NCBI GenBank assembly: GCA_024653345.1
Contig: JANLFV010000007.1
Span: forward strand, 4,605-68,604
DNA from: Candidatus Acetothermia bacterium
Lineage (GTDB): Bacteria > Bipolaricaulota > Bipolaricaulia > RBG-16-55-9 > JANLFV01
DNA: 64,000 nucleotides
Direction of reading: 5' to 3'
Shown: piece by piece, positions 29,607 to 39,227 of the stretch
How the letters are laid out: every line of letters begins with the position of its first letter
Numbering within the stretch: the stretch's first letter is position 1
The notes under the pieces: generated by a model
What the model saw: the letters and a program-made list of their open reading frames with translations, nothing else
What the model was told of the DNA's origin: nothing
Databases searched by the model: none
Made by a program: the position numbers and the translations under genes

Positions 29607-30179
29607 GTGATGAAGAATCCCTTCCTGATCGGCGAGCGGCTGTATTTGCGCCCACTGGAGGAGAGCGACATCTCCACCTGCCTCCGCTGGATCAACGATC
29701 CCGAGGTCACAAGGACTCTCGGGATGTATCGCCCAATGAATGAGCCCCGGGAGCGGGAATGGCTCGAGAGCCGTTATAAGGATGATAAGGAGATTGGCCT
29801 GGCAATCGTCCTTAAGGAGAACGATAAACACATCGGGAACATCGGCCTCCACGGGCTCGACTGGAAGAACCGCGAGGCGGAGCTGGGGATCATGATCGGG
29901 GAGAAGGACCAGTGGGACAAGGGCTACGGGCACGAGGCGATCGAGCTGATGCTCGGCTACGGCTTCGACCGGCTCGGGCTCCATCGGATCTACTTGCGGG
30001 TCTACGAGAATAACCTCTGGGCGCAGCGGTGCTACGAGAAGGCCGGCTTCCGCCGGGAGGGGGTGATGCGGGAGTCGGTCTTCAGCGAGGGGCGCTACTG
30101 GGATACCATCCTCATGAGCTTGCTAGAAAGGGAATGGCGGGAGCTTCGGTCCAAATCTGGGAAAGGGGAGCTGGTATGA
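29607..30179 (+). CDS. GNAT-family N-acetyltransferase (RimJ/RimL-like)
   Basis: 190 aa with LYLRPLEESD, WDKGYGHEAIELMLGYGFDRLGLHRIYLRVYENNLWAQRCYEKAGFRREG. Confidence 0.8.
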   Translation: MMKNPFLIGERLYLRPLEESDISTCLRWINDPEVTRTLGMYRPMNEPREREWLESRYKDDKEIGLAIVLKENDKHIGNIGLHGLDWKNREAELGIMIGEKDQWDKGYGHEAIELMLGYGFDRLGLHRIYLRVYENNLWAQRCYEKAGFRREGVMRESVFSEGRYWDTILMSLLEREWRELRSKSGKGELV

Positions 30180-31090
30180 TCATCACCGAGGGGCTAACGC
30201 GGAAGTTCAAGGACCTGGTGGCCGTCGAGGGCCTGGACCTGGAGGTCGAGGAGGGCGAAGTTTTCGGCTTCCTCGGCCCGAACGGCGCGGGGAAGACCAC
30301 GACCGTGAGGATGCTCGCGGCCCTCATCGCCCCCACGAGCGGCCGGGCCGTCGTGGCCGGCTACCAGCTCGGGAAGGAGAACCAGAAGATCCGCGAGGTC
30401 GTGGGGGTCCTCACCGAGAGCCCCGGGCTCTACGGGCGGCTCTCGGCCTACCAGAACCTCGAATTCTTCGCCAGGCTCTACGGCGTCCGCGCGCGGGCCG
30501 GGCAGGTCGAGAAATACTTGAGGATGCTCGACCTCTGGGACCGGCGGGACGAGCCGGTCGGCCGGTTCTCGAAAGGGCTGCAGCAGAAGGTCGCGCTCGC
30601 ACGGGCGCTCATCCATGAACCGCGGGTTCTCTTCTTGGACGAGCCGACGGCGGGGCTCGACCCCGAGGCGGCCAAGCTGGTCCGGGACTTCATCGAGGAA
30701 TTAGCGAAGGAGGAGCGGCGGACGATCTTCCTCTGCACCCATAATCTTTCAGAGGCCGAGCGGCTTTGCGACCGGATCGGATTAATTAAACAGAGGCTGA
30801 TCAAGGTCGGGACACCAGAGGAGCTGAAGGGCGAGCTCTACGGCCGCCGAACAGTGATCCAGCTCAAGAGCCTGCCGCCCGCTGTCGAGGCGGAGATCGG
30901 CCGGCTCCCGTTCGTCGAGGGCCTCCAGGCGGACGGGAACAAGTTGATCCTGACCCTCGCTCAGCCCGAGAGCCAGAACCCTCTGATCGTGAGGCGGCTC
31001 GTCGAGCTCGGCGGGGAGGTCCAGTGGGTCCAGAAGATGGAGCACACCCTCGAGGAGGTCTACCTCGATTTGGTGAAGGAGGGGGAATGA
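30176..31090 (+). CDS. ABC transporter ATP-binding protein (ABC-2 / DrrA-like exporter)
   Basis: Start MIITEGLTRKF with an ATGA overlap with the GNAT stop. Walker A GPNGAGKTT, signature FSKGLQQKV, Walker B LFLDEPTAGLD. Confidence 0.85.
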   Translation: MIITEGLTRKFKDLVAVEGLDLEVEEGEVFGFLGPNGAGKTTTVRMLAALIAPTSGRAVVAGYQLGKENQKIREVVGVLTESPGLYGRLSAYQNLEFFARLYGVRARAGQVEKYLRMLDLWDRRDEPVGRFSKGLQQKVALARALIHEPRVLFLDEPTAGLDPEAAKLVRDFIEELAKEERRTIFLCTHNLSEAERLCDRIGLIKQRLIKVGTPEELKGELYGRRTVIQLKSLPPAVEAEIGRLPFVEGLQADGNKLILTLAQPESQNPLIVRRLVELGGEVQWVQKMEHTLEEVYLDLVKEGE

Positions 31091-31818
31091 ACTACCGCCT
31101 GCGGGCACTGATGAAAAAAGAATGGCAGGAGGCGTTCAAGAACAAGATGGTCCTCTTCGGGATCACCCTCCTCCCGCTCATCTTCCTGGGGTTTGCCGCG
31201 TTCATGCTCCTCCAGGCCAAGGGCCTCCCACCGGAGGCCCCGCCGGAGACGAAGTTCATCCTGATCAACCAGACGATGTTCTACTTCATACTGCTCCCGC
31301 TGATCATCCCCCTCTCGATCGCCGTCTACGCCGTGACCGGGGAGAAGGAGCAGAAGAGCCTCGAGCCGCTCCTGGCCACCCCCCTCACTGATCTCGAGCT
31401 CTTCGCCGGGAAGGTCCTGGCGGCCGCGATCCCCGGGGTGGTGATCTCCTGGCTCTTCTTCGGCCTCTTCCTCGGGGTGGCGAGCCTCTTGGTCACCCCG
31501 GACCTGGTCCTGACCGTCCTTGCTCCGCCCTGGCTTTTGGCGATCTTCCTCCTCTCGCCCTTGGTGGCGATCTTCACTGTTACGGTCTCGATGCTCATCT
31601 CCTCGAGGATGAGCGACACCCGGGCGGCTTACCAGCTCTCGAGCTTCGCCGTCCTGCCGGTCGTGATCCCGATCTTCATCTTCGGCCTGAAAGAAGCATT
31701 GTTGAGCCTCGGGCTGATCGCACTCGAGGCGGGGATCGTGGCCTTGGTCGATCTGGGGACGGTCATCCTGGCCGCCAAGCTCTTCCAGCGGGAGCAGATC
31801 CTCGTCCGGTGGAAGTAG
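31087..31818 (+). CDS. ABC-2-type transporter permease
   Basis: Start MNYRLRALMKKEW with an ATGA overlap with the ATPase gene. About six TM segments. Confidence 0.7.
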   Translation: MNYRLRALMKKEWQEAFKNKMVLFGITLLPLIFLGFAAFMLLQAKGLPPEAPPETKFILINQTMFYFILLPLIIPLSIAVYAVTGEKEQKSLEPLLATPLTDLELFAGKVLAAAIPGVVISWLFFGLFLGVASLLVTPDLVLTVLAPPWLLAIFLLSPLVAIFTVTVSMLISSRMSDTRAAYQLSSFAVLPVVIPIFIFGLKEALLSLGLIALEAGIVALVDLGTVILAAKLFQREQILVRWK

Positions 31819-31876
31819 CGGCCACTGGCAGTGCAGCCGGGCTTGCGTTAGAATGATCGAGCAACGAACCGAACAT

Positions 31877-31950
31877 TGAGGGGTCGTCTAATGGTAGGAC
31901 GCTGGCCTTTGGAGCCAAGAACGGAGGTTCGAATCCTCCCCCCTCAGCCA
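31877..31950 (+). tRNA. tRNA-Gln (anticodon TTG), CCA encoded
   Basis: Aligns position by position with E. coli tRNA-Gln architecture. Acceptor TGAGGGG/CCCCTCA, anticodon loop CTTTGGA. Confidence 0.9.
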
Positions 31951-32038
31951 CAGGCTTTGCCTGCATCATTAGCCTTTGCCGGCCCTGTGGGCGGGTAAAG
32001 ATTAGGACGAGCTTTCAGCTCGCGCGTCTGTTACCGAG
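31951..32038 (+). repeat. structured tRNA-spacer element, copy B, ending in a degenerate tRNA-Arg 5' fragment just before gltX
   Basis: Shares the identical 20-mer (32007-32026) and hairpin architecture with 15058-15134. GCGTCTGTTACCGAG compares with the tRNA-Arg 5' end GCGCCTGTAGCTCAG. Confidence 0.6.
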
Positions 32039-32043
32039 ACAAA

Positions 32044-33369
32044 ATGAAGATGGCACCACGGGTTAGGTTTGCTCCCTCCCCCACGGGGGCCCTCCATGTC
32101 GGCGGGGCGAGGACGGCCCTCTTCAACTGGCTCTTTGCCCGCCATCATGGGGGCACATTCATCCTCCGGATCGAGGACACCGACCGGAGCCGCTCGACCG
32201 AGGAGTCGATCGAGGAGATCAAGGCTGCCCTCCGTTGGCTCGGCCTGGATTGGGACGAGTATTACCGCGAGACCGAGCGGTTCCCGCTCTACCAAGAGGC
32301 CGCGGAGAGGCTCCTCGCTCAAGGGAAGGCCTACGAGCGCGAGGGGGCCTGGTGGTTCCGCGTCCCCAGGCCGGGGACGACGGTGGTCCACGACCTCCTC
32401 CTGGGGGATGTGGCTTACGACCATGGGCTGATCAAGGACTTCGTCATCCGCCGCTCCGATGGCTCCTTCACCTACAACTTCGCCTGCGCCGTGGACGATG
32501 CTGACCTCGGAATCACGCATGTGATCCGAGCGAACGAGCACCTGAACAATACCCCAAGACAGATCCTGGTCTACCAGGCCCTAGAGTTGGAGATGCCCGA
32601 GTTCGCCCACCTCCCGATGGTCCTCTCGAAGGAAAGGACGAAGCTCTCCAAGCGCCACGGGGCCACCTCGGTCTTCGAATACCGCGATCGGGGGATCCTC
32701 CCCGAGGCATTGATAAACTTCCTGGTCCGCCTAGGCTGGTCCTGTGGGGACCGGGAGATCTTCTCGAAGGAGGAGATGGTCGCGCTCTTCGACCTCAAGG
32801 ATGTCAATGTCTCCGCCGCGGTCTTCGATGAGGAGAAGCTCCTCTGGCTCAACCAACACTACCTCAAGGCCGGAGACCCCGAGCGGCTGGGGGAGCTCCT
32901 TCGGGAGTTCCTGATGAGACAAGGAATCGTCTCCGAGGAGGAGGCTGAGGCCATACCCAAGGCGAAGCTCGCCAAGGCCATCGAGCTCTTCCGCGAGCGG
33001 AGCGAGACGCTCGTGGAGCTGGCGGAGAAGGCCCGCTTCATCTTGTCCGATCGCCTGGAATACGACCCCAAGGGGGTCGAGCGCTTCCTCACCCCGGAGA
33101 AGGGGCCGTTGCTCGAGGGGTTGCTAGAGGAGCTGGCCGGCCTGGACGAGAGCGAGTTCACGGCCCCGAGGCTCGAGGAGGCGACCCGGGCCTACCTCGC
33201 CCGGGCTGGGCATCAATTGAAGGAAATTGCTCAGACCTGCCGCGTGGCCCTCACCGGGAAGACTGAAGGGCCGGGGCTCTTCGAGACGATGGAGGTCCTC
33301 GAAAAGGCCGAAGTCCTCACCCGGCTCCGGCGGGGGCTCGAGCTGATCCGCCAAGGGCAGGGGGCTTAA
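32044..33369 (+). CDS. gltX: glutamate--tRNA ligase
   Basis: 441 aa with [22 protein letters not shown] (HIGH region) and KLSKRHG (KMSKS). Confidence 0.9.
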   Translation: MKMAPRVRFAPSPTGALHVGGARTALFNWLFARHHGGTFILRIEDTDRSRSTEESIEEIKAALRWLGLDWDEYYRETERFPLYQEAAERLLAQGKAYEREGAWWFRVPRPGTTVVHDLLLGDVAYDHGLIKDFVIRRSDGSFTYNFACAVDDADLGITHVIRANEHLNNTPRQILVYQALELEMPEFAHLPMVLSKERTKLSKRHGATSVFEYRDRGILPEALINFLVRLGWSCGDREIFSKEEMVALFDLKDVNVSAAVFDEEKLLWLNQHYLKAGDPERLGELLREFLMRQGIVSEEEAEAIPKAKLAKAIELFRERSETLVELAEKARFILSDRLEYDPKGVERFLTPEKGPLLEGLLEELAGLDESEFTAPRLEEATRAYLARAGHQLKEIAQTCRVALTGKTEGPGLFETMEVLEKAEVLTRLRRGLELIRQGQGA

Positions 33370-33380
33370 TCCGAGAAGAG

Positions 33381-35093
33381 ATGGCGACAAGGACGGGGGA
33401 GCCGCGGGACTTCATCCGCGAGATCATCATCGAAGACTTGAGGAGCGGACGGTATGAGCGTGTCCATACCCGCTTCCCGCCCGAGCCGAACGGCTACCTC
33501 CACATCGGCCATGCCAAGAGCGTCCTCCTCAACTACTGGATTGCTAAGGAGTTCGGGGGGAAGTTCAACCTCCGCTTCGACAACACCAACCCCGAGAAGG
33601 AGAGCGCCGAGTATGTCGAGGCGATCAAGCGAGATGTCCGCTGGCTCGGGGCGGACTGGGAGGACCGCGAGTTCTACGCCTCGGACTACTTCGAGCAGCT
33701 CTATGAGTGGGCCGAATACCTGATCAAGCAGGGGAAGGCCTATGTGGACGACCTCTCCCCGGAGGAGGTGAGCGAATACCGCGGGAAGGCCATCATTAAA
33801 GGGGACGAAGTCCTTACCCCTCCGGGGAAGGAGAGCCCCTACCGGAACCGCTCGGTGGAGGAGAACCTCGACCTCTTCCGGAGGATGCGGGCCGGGGAGT
33901 TCCCCGAGGGCTCGAAGACCCTCCGGGCCAAGATCGACATGAGCCACCCGAACCTGAACATGCGTGATCCCGTGATGTATCGGATCATCTATGCCTCCCA
34001 CCACCGGACCGGGAGCAAGTGGTGCCTCTACCCCACCTACGACTGGGCCCACGGCCAGTCGGACGCCATCGAGGGGATCACCCACAGCATCTGCACGAGG
34101 GAGTTCGAGGTCCACCGGCCGCTGTATGAATGGTTCCTCGGGAACCTCCCCGTCCCCCACAAGCCGCGGCAGATCGAGTTCGCCCGGCTCAACCTGACCT
34201 ACACCGTGATGAGCAAGCGGCTCCTCCTCCGCCTGGTCCAGGAGGGCCATGTCAAAGGCTGGGATGATCCCCGGCTGCCGACCCTCGCGGGGATGCGCCG
34301 CCGGGGCTATACCCCCGAGGCGATCCAGGAGTTCATCCGGCGGGTCGGGGTCTCCAAGACCGAGAGCATCGTCGAGTATGAACTCCTCGAGCACTGCGTC
34401 CGTGATGATTTGAATAAGCGGGCCCCGCGGAGGATGGCGGTCCTCGAGCCCCTCCGGGTCGTGATCACCAACTACCCCGACGGCCAGGTCGAGTGGTTTG
34501 AGGCCCTGAATAACCCGGAGGACCCCTCGGCCGGGACGAGGAAGGTCCCATTCTCTAAGGTCATCTATATCGAGCGAGAGGACTTCATGGAGGAGCCGCC
34601 GCCGGAGTTCTTCCGCCTCGCGCCCGGGCGGGAAGTGAGGCTCCGCTATGCCTACTTCATCAGGTGCGATGAGGTCATAAAGGACAAGGACGGGAAGATC
34701 GTCGAGCTCCGCTGCACCTACGACCCGGCCACCCGCGGGGGGGAGGCCCCCGACGGGCGCAAAGTTAAGGCCACCTTGCACTGGGTCTCGGCGGCCCACG
34801 CCATCGAAGCCGAGGTCCGATTGTATGATCGGCTCTTCACCAAGCCGGACCCGCTCGATGTCCCTGAAGGGCACGACTGGCTCGAGAACCTCAATCCGAA
34901 CTCCTTGGTCGTCCTCCAAGGCTGCAAGCTCGAGCCGAGCCTGGAGGGAGCCGAGCCGGGCGAGCGGTTCCAGTTCGAGAGGAAGGGCTACTTCTGCGTC
35001 GACCCCGATTCCAGGCCAGGGAGGCTGGTCTTCAACCGGACCGCCACCTTGCGGGACACCTGGCAGAAGATCAAGCGGAAGCAGGGTAAATGA
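33381..35093 (+). CDS. glnS: glutamine--tRNA ligase
   Basis: 570 aa with [22 protein letters not shown] and the typical GlnRS C-terminal beta-barrel region. Confidence 0.9.
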   Translation: MATRTGEPRDFIREIIIEDLRSGRYERVHTRFPPEPNGYLHIGHAKSVLLNYWIAKEFGGKFNLRFDNTNPEKESAEYVEAIKRDVRWLGADWEDREFYASDYFEQLYEWAEYLIKQGKAYVDDLSPEEVSEYRGKAIIKGDEVLTPPGKESPYRNRSVEENLDLFRRMRAGEFPEGSKTLRAKIDMSHPNLNMRDPVMYRIIYASHHRTGSKWCLYPTYDWAHGQSDAIEGITHSICTREFEVHRPLYEWFLGNLPVPHKPRQIEFARLNLTYTVMSKRLLLRLVQEGHVKGWDDPRLPTLAGMRRRGYTPEAIQEFIRRVGVSKTESIVEYELLEHCVRDDLNKRAPRRMAVLEPLRVVITNYPDGQVEWFEALNNPEDPSAGTRKVPFSKVIYIEREDFMEEPPPEFFRLAPGREVRLRYAYFIRCDEVIKDKDGKIVELRCTYDPATRGGEAPDGRKVKATLHWVSAAHAIEAEVRLYDRLFTKPDPLDVPEGHDWLENLNPNSLVVLQGCKLEPSLEGAEPGERFQFERKGYFCVDPDSRPGRLVFNRTATLRDTWQKIKRKQGK

Positions 35094-35357
35094 CAGGCCC
35101 ATCAACGCCCTCCTCTTCCAGAGCGCCTGGCGGAGCTCAGTCCCTCAGCGAGAGATTCGTTTGGGGCTGACGCGGGCGACATTGGTCGGGGCTGGAAGAC
35201 CCTCATTGTCGGCTAGCTCGCCTCCGCGTGCCCTCAAGCTAGATCTTGCCACCCGACCCTTGACGCCGGGAAGGAGCGGTATAATCCTCCCTGCCCATGT
35301 AGGTAGGTGCGAACGTGGCAACACTCCTACCTACCTCTGCCAGAGGAGGTGAGGGCG

Positions 35358-35414
35358 ATGCTTCTGAAGAAGGGACCGAAGAAGCCGGAGACTCCAAAGA
35401 AGCCGGGCAAGTAG
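35358..35414 (+). CDS. 18-codon lysine-rich micro-ORF (MLLKKGPKKPETPKKPGK)
   Basis: Not in the track because it is under 60 aa. SD GAGGAGGTGAG lies 5 nt upstream. 13 of 17 codons end in G/C, and AAG is used exclusively for Lys. TATAAT sits at 35280-35285 and a GC hairpin follows. It is paralogous to 41715-41771. Confidence 0.45.
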   Translation: MLLKKGPKKPETPKKPGK

Positions 35415-35442
35415 CAGCTAGCGAGCTCGAGAAGCAGCTGAA

Positions 35443-35469
35443 GGGGCCGGGACTGACAGTCCCGGCCCC
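35443..35469 (+). terminator. GC-rich hairpin (11-bp stem GGGGCCGGGAC / GTCCCGGCCCC, loop TGACA) after the micro-ORF
   Basis: Read directly. There is no T-tract, so intrinsic-terminator function is inferred only. Confidence 0.5.
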
Positions 35470-35717
35470 GCTCTTCAGGCAAGAACTGATGAAGCTAGGA
35501 CGAGGGCAAAGTGCCCGGTCTTGGCTCATGGGACTATCTCGATGAGCGACCCGAGCTCGGCGATCAGCTCGAATTCTCGGCGTGGCTAGTTGCTAAGGGT
35601 AGCCTCCTCGCTCAGGCACGTCCTCTCCTCTGCAGGATGCCATCAAGAGGAAGGCAATAATCGCTGGCGGGCAGGGACCATGCAAGCTGAGGGTGAGGCC
35701 TTGGCCCGACCGCTAGC

Positions 35718-36575
35718 TCAGATGAGGAGGTCTTCCATCCCCAGATCGTGCTTCGCTGGGGCCTTGAGCGGCTGGCACTTGGGGCAGAAGAAGGTCCCCC
35801 GCCCGGCCTCCATCTCCTCCACCGGCGTCCCACAGCGCTCGCAGGGCTGGCCTGCCCTCCCGTAGACCTTGAGAAAGGCCTGGAACTCACCCTTGGTTCC
35901 GTCGATATCAAGGAAGTGGCCGGCCGAGCTCCCGCGGTGAGCGATCGCCTCCTCCATAATCTTCTGGATCTCGTCGAAGAGGCAACGGGCCTCGCTCAGC
36001 GTCAGCTCGTTCGCCAACTGCCGCGGATGGACCCGGCAGCGGTAGAGGACCTCGCTGGCATAGATGTTCCCCACGCCGGCGATCTTCGCCTGGTCTAAGA
36101 GGAGCCGCTTGATCTCTTGATTCGTGCGCATCAGCTTCTCGAACCTTCCCCAAGTATAGTTGGGAGTGAACGGCTCCAGGCCGAGCTTGGCGAGGCTGGG
36201 GAGGCGCTCCACTTGCTCGGTCGGCGCGAGGAAGAGCCGACCGGAGCCTCTGGCGTCCTCGAGGTAGAGTCTCTTCCCATCGGCGAAGTGGAGGACGAGA
36301 CTGATGGCCCTTGCGTCCTGTTCCTTGAGTAGGAAGAGCTCCTCCAGCCCGAGGTGGAAGACGAGGGAGTAATGGCTATCGAGGTCGAAGATGAGGTGTT
36401 TTCCGCGCCGCCTGATCCCCAGGATCTTGGCCCCGACGGTCCGCGCCTCCAGCTCCTTCAGGCTGAGCCCTTGCAGCAATGAGGGCCGGCGGACTTCGAC
36501 CCCGGCGATCTCCTTCCCGAGCACCTCTCGCTCCAGGCTCCGCTTGATCGTCTCTACCTCAGGCAGCTCCGGCAT
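35718..36575 (-). CDS. mutM: formamidopyrimidine-DNA glycosylase
   Basis: MPELPEVETIKRSLE at the N-terminus (catalytic Pro2 requires the start at 36575). The C-terminal zinc finger is CERCGTPV...FFCPKCQ. Confidence 0.85.
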   Translation of the reverse strand: MPELPEVETIKRSLEREVLGKEIAGVEVRRPSLLQGLSLKELEARTVGAKILGIRRRGKHLIFDLDSHYSLVFHLGLEELFLLKEQDARAISLVLHFADGKRLYLEDARGSGRLFLAPTEQVERLPSLAKLGLEPFTPNYTWGRFEKLMRTNQEIKRLLLDQAKIAGVGNIYASEVLYRCRVHPRQLANELTLSEARCLFDEIQKIMEEAIAHRGSSAGHFLDIDGTKGEFQAFLKVYGRAGQPCERCGTPVEEMEAGRGTFFCPKCQPLKAPAKHDLGMEDLLI

Positions 36576-36593
36576 CAGCACCTCCGGCCTCGC

Positions 36594-36622
36594 TTGACTC
36601 TTTCCGGGTGGGATGATATCAT
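36594..36622 (+). promoter_or_regulatory. promoter TTGACT-N17-TATCAT for tRNA-Ile/tRNA-Ala
   Basis: ttgact ctttccgggtgggatga tatcat, 12 nt before tRNA-Ile. Confidence 0.5.
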
Positions 36623-36634
36623 ATCACGGCGAAC

Positions 36635-36706
36635 GGGTCTATAGCTCAGGGGCAGAGCGCTCGCCTGATAAGCGAGAGGTCGGTGGTTCGATTCCACCTA
36701 GACCCA
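36635..36706 (+). tRNA. tRNA-Ile (anticodon GAT), CCA not encoded
   Basis: Acceptor GGGTCTA/TAGACCC, anticodon loop CTGATAA, T-arm GGTGGTTCGATTCCACC. Confidence 0.85.
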
Positions 36707-36738
36707 CAGGCTCGAAAGGCTCTAGTTCGCATCTGCAG

Positions 36739-36814
36739 GGGGACGTAGCTCAATTGGGAGAGCGCCTGCCTTGCACGCAGGAGGTTGGCGGTTCGAATCC
36801 GCTCGTCTCCACCA
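36739..36814 (+). tRNA. tRNA-Ala (anticodon TGC), CCA encoded
   Basis: Acceptor GGGGACG/CGTCTCC with the G3:U70 identity pair. Anticodon loop CTTGCAC. Confidence 0.9.
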
Positions 36815-37810
36815 CTACGATCCTACCGGACTCCCTTCGATCCACAGCTCGATCAGCACAGAGATCTCCTCATCCGCGATCACCTGGCCGGTGCCGGGGA
36901 CTTCCGCACCTTCGATCCAGAGCTCGATGGCCCAGATGATGTCCTCGTCCTCGATCATTTGGGGATCGCCGGAGTGGGCCGCGACGGCGGCGGGAATGGT
37001 CCTGACCGGCTGGACTTCCCTATAGGTGAAGCTCCAGTCGATCGTGGCGAGGTGGCCTTCCTGATCGGCGGCGGTCACCCGGACGGTGATCTCCCCGGCT
37101 GCCAGGCTGATCCCGGCCACGGCCAGATCGATGGAAAAGGTCGTCCCGTCCCAACTTGCACCCGGGCTGCCCCTGGCAAAGCTGTGGCTGCCGGAGCTAT
37201 CCTCGACTCGCATCTGGATCTCGTCCGGATTGACCCCGCCGCCTACATCGCTGATCTCGATGGAGATGGTCGGCTGAGAGTCCTCAATGACGGCATTGAC
37301 TCGGGGTTGAGGATTGGAGAAGACCGGAGGCCGATCAGGGCCCCCGGTGACCGTGAGGCTCCCGTCGCGAGCGCGGACCTCGATCGGCGCGCCGCCATCG
37401 TCCTTCAGCTGATTGACCTGGAGCGCGATCCCGCTGCTCCCGGCCGCCTTGCCCCTGAGAACCAGCTCGGCGAGCTCGACATTCGCTGCGCCACTCTGAA
37501 CGGCGTCCCCGCTGTCATTGGCCAAGAGGGTGACTGAGCTCCGGTCAGGGGCGATGGTGAAGACCCCGGTGGCCTCGAACGGCTCAGGCCAAAGGACATT
37601 CTCGATCTCGCCAATGGCCCCGTTGACCAAGGTGACGGTGATGGCGAAGCTGGCCAGCCCGGTGGGTGCACTGTCCAGGGTCAGCGGGACCGAGACGGTC
37701 GAGTCGATCGCCACGCTCGCGGTCTGAACGGAGATCGTCTGCCCCAGCGTTGCCTGAGCGCTGCCGCAGAGCACGAGGACTGACACCAATCCAAAGAGCA
37801 GCCTCTTCAT
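36815..37810 (-). CDS. secreted cohesin-domain / Ig-like protein with a C-terminal tandem ELWIEG motif
   Basis: Signal peptide MKRLLFGLVSVLVLCGSAQA. The cohesin-like N-terminal domain reads SVPLTLDSAPTGLASFAITVTL. The tail is IWAIELWIEGAEVPGTGQVIADEEISVLIELWIEGSPVG. Confidence 0.55.
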   Translation of the reverse strand: MKRLLFGLVSVLVLCGSAQATLGQTISVQTASVAIDSTVSVPLTLDSAPTGLASFAITVTLVNGAIGEIENVLWPEPFEATGVFTIAPDRSSVTLLANDSGDAVQSGAANVELAELVLRGKAAGSSGIALQVNQLKDDGGAPIEVRARDGSLTVTGGPDRPPVFSNPQPRVNAVIEDSQPTISIEISDVGGGVNPDEIQMRVEDSSGSHSFARGSPGASWDGTTFSIDLAVAGISLAAGEITVRVTAADQEGHLATIDWSFTYREVQPVRTIPAAVAAHSGDPQMIEDEDIIWAIELWIEGAEVPGTGQVIADEEISVLIELWIEGSPVGS

Positions 37811-37947
37811 ACCTCTCACCACCTCAAGAGATTCAAGGTTCCATTGGTGCTAGCTTTGCTCTCTAATCTCCCGCCCTTCGGCCCCATTATACACCCTACC
37901 TCCTGGCAGTCCAGTCTCGAGTGGTCCGTGATAAAGAGACCGGCTCG

Positions 37948-39222
37948 TCATTTGAGCACATCAGCCCCCACATAGTCTCGCAGCGGCTCGGGGAGGACCA
38001 CCGAGCCGTCGGGCTGCTGGTTGTTCTCCAGGATCGCCGCGAAGAGGCGCGAGGTCGCGACGCCCGAGCCGTTGAGCATGTGGACGAACTCCGGCTTCGC
38101 GCCGGGCTCGGGGCGGTAGCGGATGTTCCCCCGCCGGGCTTGGTAGTCCTCGCAGTTGCTGCAGGACGAGACCTCGTAATACTTGCCTTGTGACGGGAGC
38201 CAGACCTCGAGGTCGACCGTCTTCGCTGCCTGTTGGGCCAGATCGCAGGTCGGGAGGAGTGTGACCCGGTAGTGGAGGTCGAGCTCCTTCAGGATGTCCT
38301 CGGCATCCCTGATCAGTTGCTCCAGCGCCTCGTAGGACTCCTCAGGCTTGCTGAGCCAGAAGAGCTCGACCTTGTTGAACTGATGGACTCGGATCAGCCC
38401 CCGCTCCTCTTCCCCCGCTGCCCCGGCCTCGCGCCGGAAGCAGGTGGTGAAGGCCGCATACTTCTTCGGCAACTCCTCGGCCTGGAGGATCTCCCCGCGA
38501 TGGATGTTCGCCAAGAGGACCTCGGCCGTGGGGTTCAAGTAGAGCCCGTCCCGCTCGCAGAAGTAGAGGTCCTCCTGGAACTTCGGGAGTTGGGAGGAGA
38601 CGAAGAGGCTCTCCTCGTTCCCCAGGAACGGCGGGAAGATCGGCTCGTAGCCGTTCTCCTCCGCCTGGTAGCGGAGCATGAACTGGACGAGCCCGAGCTC
38701 CAAGAGCGCTCCCCGACCGCGATACAAGGGGAATCGTGCGCCGGCGATCTGGGCCCCGCGGGGAAGATCGAGGAGCCCTAGGGCCTCGCCGAGGGCGATG
38801 TGGCTCCTCACGGGGAAGGAGAAGCTCGGCTTCTCCTTATGCTCCCGCAGGACGACCTTGTCGCCCTTCTTCGCGGAGACGGGGACGGATCGATGGGGGA
38901 GGTTCGGCAGGCGGATGAGCAGCTCTCGCAGCTCCTGCTCAGCCTGACCGAGGTGTTCGTCCAGCGCCCTGATCTGCTCCGCGAGCCGGGCCATCTCGGC
39001 CTTGAGAAGGCGAGCCTCCTCCTCCCGGCCGGTGGCGAGGAGTCGCCCGATCTCCTTCGAGCCCTCGTTCCGCCGGGCCTTCAGCTCCTCGGCCTCGCGG
39101 ATGATCGCCCGCCGCTGCTCGTCAAGCTCCAGGAGGCGAGCGAGGCTGATCTCCTCCCCGCGGGTCCGCAGCCGACGCGCGACCTCTTCAGGATTCTCTC
39201 GGATCAGCTTCAGATCGAGCAC
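37948..39222 (-). CDS. serS: serine--tRNA ligase
   Basis: The GTG start giving (M)LDLKLIRENPEEV has SD GGAGGAGGTGAGG. Class II motifs FRREAG and GSGVATSR are present. The longer track ORF overlaps rnhB. Confidence 0.9.
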   Translation of the reverse strand: MLDLKLIRENPEEVARRLRTRGEEISLARLLELDEQRRAIIREAEELKARRNEGSKEIGRLLATGREEEARLLKAEMARLAEQIRALDEHLGQAEQELRELLIRLPNLPHRSVPVSAKKGDKVVLREHKEKPSFSFPVRSHIALGEALGLLDLPRGAQIAGARFPLYRGRGALLELGLVQFMLRYQAEENGYEPIFPPFLGNEESLFVSSQLPKFQEDLYFCERDGLYLNPTAEVLLANIHRGEILQAEELPKKYAAFTTCFRREAGAAGEEERGLIRVHQFNKVELFWLSKPEESYEALEQLIRDAEDILKELDLHYRVTLLPTCDLAQQAAKTVDLEVWLPSQGKYYEVSSCSNCEDYQARRGNIRYRPEPGAKPEFVHMLNGSGVATSRLFAAILENNQQPDGSVVLPEPLRDYVGADVLK

Positions 39223-39227
39223 CGGCC

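Noticed and set aside
28821-29984. 387-aa minus-strand ORF opposite 28950-29513 and the GNAT gene
   Set aside because: It is an antisense shadow. The GNAT motifs on the plus strand are unambiguous.
31877-31950. tRNA-Gln as a possible amber suppressor that might read the island TAGs
   Set aside because: The anticodon loop reads CTTTGGA, so the anticodon is TTG (a normal Gln tRNA), not CTA.
33366-35105. 579-aa ORF antisense to glnS
   Set aside because: It is a shadow ORF typical of high-G+C DNA. Its composition is Pro/Gly/Arg/Asp/Leu-rich and low in complexity. It exactly mirrors a gene with unmistakable GlnRS motifs on the other strand.
35315-35545. 76-aa plus-strand ORF overlapping the first micro-ORF
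   Set aside because: It has a GTG start inside the leader hairpin and no SD. Many of its codons end in A/T, unlike host genes. It reads through the GC hairpin.
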